Positions 27,051 through 32,000 of a stretch of DNA of 32,000 nt are shown in pieces. Numbering within the stretch: position 1 is the stretch's first letter; the number at the start of each line of letters is the position of its first letter. This DNA is from Vibrio alginolyticus NBRC 15630 = ATCC 17749 (GTDB lineage: Bacteria; Pseudomonadota; Gammaproteobacteria; Enterobacterales; Vibrionaceae), in assembly GCF_000354175.2 (NCBI RefSeq), contig NC_022359.1, positions 30,001 through 62,000 of the forward strand. The letters are read 5' to 3'. The notes beneath the pieces are model-generated. The model searched no databases and was not told where the DNA came from. It saw only the letters and a list, made by a program, of their open reading frames with translations. The position numbers and the translations under genes are program-made.

Positions 27051-27929
27051 CTACTGATTTTTAGCTACCGCTTTGATCAGTACTGATGTATCCATGCGAC
27101 CTAAACCATCACGTTGAAGGTCTGCGTATTGCTCATCCACCTTCTTAGTCAGTGGAAGTTCTAGACCCACTCGCTCAGCTTCTTGCAGACAGAAACCTAA
27201 GTCTTTGCGCATCCAATCAATAGCGAAGCCAAAATCGAACTTGTCTTCAGCCATCGTATTTGCGCGGTTTTCCATCTGCCAAGAACCTGCAGCGCCATGC
27301 TTAAGTGTTTCTACAACTTGAGCAATGTCCAAGCCTGATTTTTGTGCTAGCAACAAAGCTTCACTCAGACCTTGTAAAACGCCTCCAATACAGATTTGGT
27401 TTACCATCTTACAGCGTTGACCCTGACCGTTTTCACCCAGTAGCGTCATCTGCTTCGCGTACACATCCATCGCCGGAGACACACGGTCAAAAATGCTTTG
27501 TTCACCACCACACATGATGGTTAGAACACCATTTTCTGCGCCCGCTTGACCACCAGAAACTGGCGCATCAATAAAGTGATTACCGTACTTAACACACGCT
27601 TCAGCCAGCTCAACCGCTAGGTCTGCAGAAGTGGTCGTGTGATCGACTAGCACTGCGTCCGCTTTCAAGCCGACCAGAATGCCCTCTTCACCGTAAACAA
27701 CGCTACGAACGTCATCATCATTACCCACACAGGTAAAAACGATGTCACAGCCTTCCGCCGCTTCACGTGGTGTTTCACAAGCTACGCCTTGGTATTCTTC
27801 AGCCCATTTGTCTGCTTTCGCTTTTGTGCGGTTGTATACTTTGGTTTCAAAGCCCGCTTTACTTAGGTAACCAGCCATTGGGTATCCCATCACACCCAGA
27901 CCAATAAATGCTACTCGTTGTTTTTCCAT
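27051..27929 (-). CDS. NAD(P)-dependent beta-hydroxyacid dehydrogenase (3-hydroxyisobutyrate / 2-hydroxy-3-oxopropionate reductase family)
   Basis: 292 aa. The Rossmann motif is VAFIGLGVMGYPMAGYL. The family core is DAPVSGGQAGAENGVLTIMCGG and the catalytic Lys region is KMVNQI. Confidence 0.85.
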   Translation of the reverse strand: MEKQRVAFIGLGVMGYPMAGYLSKAGFETKVYNRTKAKADKWAEEYQGVACETPREAAEGCDIVFTCVGNDDDVRSVVYGEEGILVGLKADAVLVDHTTTSADLAVELAEACVKYGNHFIDAPVSGGQAGAENGVLTIMCGGEQSIFDRVSPAMDVYAKQMTLLGENGQGQRCKMVNQICIGGVLQGLSEALLLAQKSGLDIAQVVETLKHGAAGSWQMENRANTMAEDKFDFGFAIDWMRKDLGFCLQEAERVGLELPLTKKVDEQYADLQRDGLGRMDTSVLIKAVAKNQ

Positions 27930-28113
27930 TGCACGCTTCCCTTAGTTCACCTGACTGAAATGTTTCGTAACATGCTACTAAAGAATTGAAATCATTACTC
28001 GTGATTTCTCTTTCCTCGGTCTCGATGATCCTGCATTGCAGTCCGTTTATTGCGCCTTCTACACCCCTTTACTTGACGATTAGCGTAACAGTCAAAGCAC
28101 TTACATAGGTTCA

Positions 28114-28452
28114 CTACTGCTTAGCATGGAACATCGCTTGCCCACTCTTGTCCTTGTTCGACCAGAAATTGATGTTGAACTGAGCATCATCGCTCATCTC
28201 AATGCGGTGCCAGTACTGCGGTGGGCTTGTAGCAAACTGGCCTGCATTAATCACCACCACCACTTCTGCTTCTGTGGCATTTTCATCAGCAAAGCCGTAG
28301 TAAGTCACTTGCCCTTCCATGACGCACAGCTGTCCAAACACTCCCTCAGCGGTATTGTGATGAGTCAGTAGCGCTGGTGGCACATTGTCTTTAGTGAAGA
28401 AAGGCGTTGAACGTTGAACAGTCCAGTCTTTAGGAATTCTTAGATGCGACAT
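28114..28452 (-). CDS. yeaR: DUF1971 protein (YeaR / TehB C-terminal domain family)
   Basis: 112 aa. The pattern RSTPFFTK...GVFGQLCVMEGQVTYYGFADE...INAGQFATSPPQYWHRIE...FNINFW is collinear with E. coli YeaR as I recall it. It lies only 42 nt downstream of norW on the same strand. Confidence 0.75.
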   Translation of the reverse strand: MSHLRIPKDWTVQRSTPFFTKDNVPPALLTHHNTAEGVFGQLCVMEGQVTYYGFADENATEAEVVVVINAGQFATSPPQYWHRIEMSDDAQFNINFWSNKDKSGQAMFHAKQ

Positions 28453-28494
28453 AATGATACCCTCTCTAATTACAATTCTTTTCGTTAAAATCGG

Positions 28495-29643
28495 TTAAGC
28501 CTGAGCGGCTTGAGACAACTCTCGGAGTAGTGGAAATGCTTGCGTAACTTGTTCTCCCGTCACGACGAAGCCCATGAGTCGGCTATTTTCATCTTCTGCT
28601 TTCGCGGCAATGCCAGTTTGAGAAATCTGCACGCTCCAGTTCGTCACCGAACTAAAATCGCCTGCCAATTGAATTGGGTAGCTCGGCGTTTTGACCTTTA
28701 CCATCATAGGCGGTAGTTTCAACTCTGCTTCTTGCCCCAGTAGTTGTTTGCCCAAAGCATTGGCACTTAGCACGATCGGTTGGAGGTACGGCATCATTCG
28801 ACCTTGGATCTCAGCACAATCGCCTAATGCGAACACATTGGCTGCTGATGTCTGTAATCGAGCATCCACCTTGATGCCTTTATTGACACTCAACCCACAA
28901 GCCTTCGCTAACCAAGTGTTTGCACGTAAACCCGCCGCTGAAATCACTACATCAGCTTCAATTGCTTTACCTTGGCTCAAGCTTGCCACCAGCGAATCAT
29001 TTGAGTGATTAATCGCAGCAACTCCAGTCTCCAAGGCAAGTTGAATACCTTGCTGCTTAAGTTGGTTCTCCAGTGGCAATGCGACGAATTCAGGAATCAA
29101 GTTAGCGAGCAAACGGGGATTTGGCTCAACCACCGTAACGGCTTTACCACTGGTTGCGAGATCCATGGCGATCTCGACGCCGATCAAACCACCACCCATT
29201 ACTAGAATTCGTTCCGCGCGGCTAATTTGCTCTTCCGCTAATTGATATTCTTGCAGCGAGTTCAGCGTTATCACCTCAGGTGCTGCACCACCAGATATTG
29301 GCGGCACAAAGGCTTTCGCGCCTGTCGCAAACACCAGTTTGGAATAAGGATAGGTTTGGCCGTTGGCGACCACTTGCTGAGCTTGCACGTCGACATGCTC
29401 AACCTTGGTATGGGCGAACAGTTCGATGTTGTGTTCCTGTGCAAACGCCTCACCACTTTTAACTACCAAGTCTCGGGCAGTTTGCTTGTTACTGAATACA
29501 TGACTCAAATCGGGCTTGTTGTATTCCGCGCCATCATCAACAGTAAACACTTGCAGCGGAATATGTGCGTCCATTCGACGCACTGTTTTCACCAATTGGT
29601 AAGCCGCAAAGCCGCTACCAATAATCACAATAGGTGCTTGCAT
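28495..29643 (-). CDS. norW: NADH:flavorubredoxin oxidoreductase NorW
   Basis: 382 aa. FAD and NAD dinucleotide motifs are present (IVIIGSGFAA; ILVMGGGLIGVEIA). YNKPDLSHV and ALGDCAEI match E. coli NorW. It lies 8 nt downstream of norV. Confidence 0.9.
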   Translation of the reverse strand: MQAPIVIIGSGFAAYQLVKTVRRMDAHIPLQVFTVDDGAEYNKPDLSHVFSNKQTARDLVVKSGEAFAQEHNIELFAHTKVEHVDVQAQQVVANGQTYPYSKLVFATGAKAFVPPISGGAAPEVITLNSLQEYQLAEEQISRAERILVMGGGLIGVEIAMDLATSGKAVTVVEPNPRLLANLIPEFVALPLENQLKQQGIQLALETGVAAINHSNDSLVASLSQGKAIEADVVISAAGLRANTWLAKACGLSVNKGIKVDARLQTSAANVFALGDCAEIQGRMMPYLQPIVLSANALGKQLLGQEAELKLPPMMVKVKTPSYPIQLAGDFSSVTNWSVQISQTGIAAKAEDENSRLMGFVVTGEQVTQAFPLLRELSQAAQA

Positions 29644-29651
29644 ATTCCCTC

Positions 29652-31154
29652 CTAACCGTTGTATTCAACGAAAACGTCTTTACCTAAATGGCATTCTGGG
29701 CACAAGAAGTAATCTGGCACTTCCGACCAAGCTGTACCCGGTTCAACACCTTGGTTAGGCTCGCCTTTAGCTGGGTCGTATACCCAATTACAAACCGTAC
29801 AAACCATGCATTGACAACCTGCAGGATGCGCCTCGGTACTAGGGTTGCTAGGAGCAGTATCTACTACCGCCTGTGTTGTAGCTGGCGCAGCAGGTTGTGA
29901 TTGAACTTGTGGTGCAGACGCAGCAATTGCCGGAGAAATAACAGGACTTGTCAGGTCATGCTTTGCCCATAATTTCGCGATGTTTTGACCATGTTCGCGA
30001 CATTCACGCATCGCTTTACCATCTGGTCGCCATTTGGTTTTCAAACTCACTGCGGTTTCAAAGCCTGCGTCGGTCAATCGAGCATGGATACGATCCACCG
30101 CGCCACCATTCCAACCGTAACTACCGAATGCAGCGGCTTTCTTCGCTTTAAAGCGCAGACCGGTAATTTCTTCTAGCATGCCTGCGATCTTCGGCATCAT
30201 GACGTTATTCATGGTAGAAGAACCAACCAAGATGCCTTTTGAGCGGAATACGTTGGCGAGAATTTCATTCTTATCATGCTTAGAGACATTAAAGACTTTG
30301 ACCGCCACACCAGGATCGACATCGTGAATGCCTTGCGCGATTGCATCGGCCATCATTCGAGTGTTGTTTGACATTGAATCGTAGAAAATCGTAATGCGAT
30401 CTTCTTGATAATTGTCTGCCCATGCTAAGTATTGCTCGATGATTTGAACCGGATTATCGCGCCATACAATACCGTGTGACGTGGCGATCATGTCGACAGG
30501 CAAATTGAAGCTCAGCACTTCTTTGATTTTTGCGGTTACCAAGCTGCTGAATGGCGTTAAGATATTTGAGTAGTAACGCAAACACTGTTCCATCAACTCA
30601 TTTTGATCCACTTCATCATTGAACAGACGTTCATCGCAATAGTGCTGACCAAATGCGTCATTGCTGAATAACACTGCATCGCCCGTTAGGTAAGTCATCA
30701 TGCTGTCTGGCCAATGCAGCATCGGTGCTTCCACGAAGACTAATTGCTTACCGTTACCAATATCGATACTGTCGCCCGTTTTTACGGTTTTGAAGTTCCA
30801 CTCAGGATGGTGGTGATGACCCACAATCGAATCAATCGCCGCTTCTGTACAGTAAATTGGTGTGTTCGGAATTTTCTCCATCAATGCCGACAATGCACCT
30901 GAGTGATCTTCTTCTGCATGGTTTACCACGATAAAGTCGATAGACTTAAGGTCGATTTCCATCTCTAAATTTTGGATGAATTGTTGACTGAATCGATGAT
31001 CGACCGTATCAATCAATACGGTTTTCTCTTCACGAATTAGATAACTGTTGTAGCTGGTACCTTTTGTCATTTTGTATTCTGTACCGTGGAAGTCTTGAAC
31101 TTCCCAATCGCGTTGACCTACCCAGTGGATGTTGTTTTTTACGTGAATTGTCAT
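29652..31154 (-). CDS. norV: Anaerobic nitric oxide reductase flavorubredoxin NorV
   Basis: I place the start at the ATG at 31154 ([19 protein letters not shown]). The protein has a metallo-beta-lactamase-like diiron domain (HAEEDHSG), a flavodoxin domain and a C-terminal rubredoxin (CTVC...CPEC). The 22 upstream codons in the ORF track are rejected. Confidence 0.95.
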   Translation of the reverse strand: MTIHVKNNIHWVGQRDWEVQDFHGTEYKMTKGTSYNSYLIREEKTVLIDTVDHRFSQQFIQNLEMEIDLKSIDFIVVNHAEEDHSGALSALMEKIPNTPIYCTEAAIDSIVGHHHHPEWNFKTVKTGDSIDIGNGKQLVFVEAPMLHWPDSMMTYLTGDAVLFSNDAFGQHYCDERLFNDEVDQNELMEQCLRYYSNILTPFSSLVTAKIKEVLSFNLPVDMIATSHGIVWRDNPVQIIEQYLAWADNYQEDRITIFYDSMSNNTRMMADAIAQGIHDVDPGVAVKVFNVSKHDKNEILANVFRSKGILVGSSTMNNVMMPKIAGMLEEITGLRFKAKKAAAFGSYGWNGGAVDRIHARLTDAGFETAVSLKTKWRPDGKAMRECREHGQNIAKLWAKHDLTSPVISPAIAASAPQVQSQPAAPATTQAVVDTAPSNPSTEAHPAGCQCMVCTVCNWVYDPAKGEPNQGVEPGTAWSEVPDYFLCPECHLGKDVFVEYNG

Positions 31155-31203
31155 AATTACTACCTTGAATGACGGGATAAACAAAAATAATTTCTTCTTG
31201 TAT

Positions 31204-31219
31204 TGCACTGGGCGTGCCA
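31204..31219 (-). promoter_or_regulatory. Sigma54 (-24/-12) promoter of norV
   Basis: The minus strand reads TGGCAC-gccca-GTGCA, against the consensus TGGCAC-N5-TTGCA. It lies about 50 nt upstream of the norV ATG. Confidence 0.8.
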
Positions 31220-31273
31220 ACTTATAATTGCCATATATTTCAATAGCTTAATTGAAACCCAACTTTAATGACT

Positions 31274-31328
31274 GTCATTGAGACACAGTTGAAAATTGTC
31301 ATTTAGACACTACAATAGTCATATTGAC
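31274..31328. promoter_or_regulatory. Three NorR enhancer boxes (GT-N7-AC)
   Basis: GTCATTGAGAC (31274-31284), GTCATTTAGAC (31298-31308) and GTCATATTGAC (31318-31328) lie in the norR-norV intergenic region. An AT-rich, IHF-like stretch (TTTCAATAGCTTA, about 31238-31250) sits between the boxes and the sigma54 promoter. Confidence 0.8.
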
Positions 31329-31344
31329 ACAATCGGTATTGGCT

Positions 31345-32000
31345 ATGACTTCTTTAATCGCGCAATGGCTACACATCACGCAAGACCTTAACTCGGCGCT
31401 CACTCAACAAGCTCGCTTTGACACGTTATTAACCACGATTCGAGAGGTATTGAAGTGTGACTCTTCTGCCCTTCTTTTGTATGAAGACCAGCACTTTAAA
31501 CCTTTAGCGATCAATGGATTGGCGAAAGAGGTCCTTGGACGCCGTTTCTCCATTGAGCAGCACCCAAGATTAGAAGCCATTGCCCGAGCAGGCGATATCG
31601 TGCGCTTTCCCTCCGACAGCGACTTACCTGATCCATACGATGGCTTGATTCCAAACCACGATGACAAACTGCATGTCCATTCTTGCATTGGTTTGCCTTT
31701 GCTGATCGACGATCAACTGATTGGTGCTATTACGATTGACGCCTTCGACCCCAACCAATTTGATGGGCTACGCAACCAAGAGTTACGTTTTGTCAGCGCG
31801 TTGGCAGCAGGTGGCCTACACACTGCACTCCTACTAGAACAACTAGAGACACAAGCGAGCCTGCCACGTGATTCTTACGCCGAGAAGCGCACCTTAAGTA
31901 ACGAAATCATTGGCAACTCTCAGGGTATGAAGAATCTTCAAGAGCAGATTGATGCAGTCGCCGATACGGAATTGTCTGTGCTGGTGATGGGAGAAACGGG
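31345..32000 (+). CDS. norR: NO-responsive sigma54 activator NorR (N-terminal GAF domain and start of the AAA+ domain; 3' end beyond the window)
   Basis: This ORF is not in the track because it has no stop inside the window. The translation MTSLIAQWLHITQDLNSALTQQARFDTLLTTIREVLKCDSSALLLYE...GLAKEVLGRRFSIEQHPRLEAIARAGDIVRFPSDSDLPDPYDGLIP...VLVMGETG is collinear with E. coli NorR. It is divergent from norVW. Confidence 0.9.
   Translation, partial: MTSLIAQWLHITQDLNSALTQQARFDTLLTTIREVLKCDSSALLLYEDQHFKPLAINGLAKEVLGRRFSIEQHPRLEAIARAGDIVRFPSDSDLPDPYDGLIPNHDDKLHVHSCIGLPLLIDDQLIGAITIDAFDPNQFDGLRNQELRFVSALAAGGLHTALLLEQLETQASLPRDSYAEKRTLSNEIIGNSQGMKNLQEQIDAVADTELSVLVMGET

Noticed and set aside
31155-31220. 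22-codon N-terminal extension of norV
   Set aside because: It would run through the 5' UTR up to the sigma54 promoter. The conserved NorV N-terminus, [13 protein letters not shown], starts at 31154 and has an AAGGTAG RBS.
31404-31688. 94-aa minus-strand ORF
   Set aside because: It is antisense to the clearly recognisable norR GAF-domain coding sequence.
1-32000. Search for CRISPR arrays, IS elements or transposases, integrases, tRNA/rRNA genes, toxin-antitoxin pairs or defence-island genes
   Set aside because: I saw no repeat-spacer periodicity, no terminal inverted repeats flanking transposase-like ORFs, and no cloverleaf-like or rRNA-like segments. Every sizeable ORF is accounted for by metabolic, transport, EPS or stress functions.

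Overview
The window looks like Vibrio-type chromosomal DNA; the gene content and order recall chromosome II of the Harveyi/parahaemolyticus group, which is an inference from memory. It is almost fully coding, and I saw no rRNA, tRNA, CRISPR, IS or phage genes. From left to right:

- **1-4.3 kb:** the 3' end of an ABC exporter gene, a divergent AraC regulator and EamA transporter pair, a hotdog acyl-CoA thioesterase, and a doubtful small ORF.
- **4.3-9.9 kb:** the maltose transporter genes. malGFE (minus) and malK (plus) diverge from an unusually long 672-bp control region that carries MalT-box-like and CRP-like motifs.
- **10.2-22.3 kb:** a tightly packed 11-gene, ~12-kb Wzx/Wzy-type exopolysaccharide operon. 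Its layout resembles vps-II / cpsA-K / brp. It runs priming transferase, beta-barrel outer-membrane protein, short OPX, PCP/BY-kinase, sulfotransferase-like protein, GT4, Wzy-like polymerase, a second sulfotransferase-like paralog, GT4, Wzx flippase, VanZ-like protein.
- **22.3-26.9 kb:** yqfB, then a NemR-like TetR regulator with a duplicated palindromic operator controlling an enone-reductase and GST pair, then a monofunctional catalase with an OxyR-like site.
- **27.0-32.0 kb:** a beta-hydroxyacid dehydrogenase, then the NO-detoxification unit norR / norV-norW plus a DUF1971 (YeaR-like) gene. The sigma54 promoter and three NorR GT-N7-AC boxes are textbook.

The most notable observations are:

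- a perfect RfaH ops element (GGCGGTAGCGTG) 19 nt upstream of the EPS operon;
- two paralogous proteins with sulfotransferase-like PAPS-binding motifs inside the EPS locus, suggesting a sulfated EPS;
- a short OPX plus beta-barrel pair, suggesting a composite outer-membrane translocon;
- a frameshift in a T-tract that splits the Wzx flippase;
- terminator-like hairpins in the malK leader and in the malG 3' region that could mark attenuator or sRNA elements.

No single obviously novel multi-gene system such as a defence island is evident.
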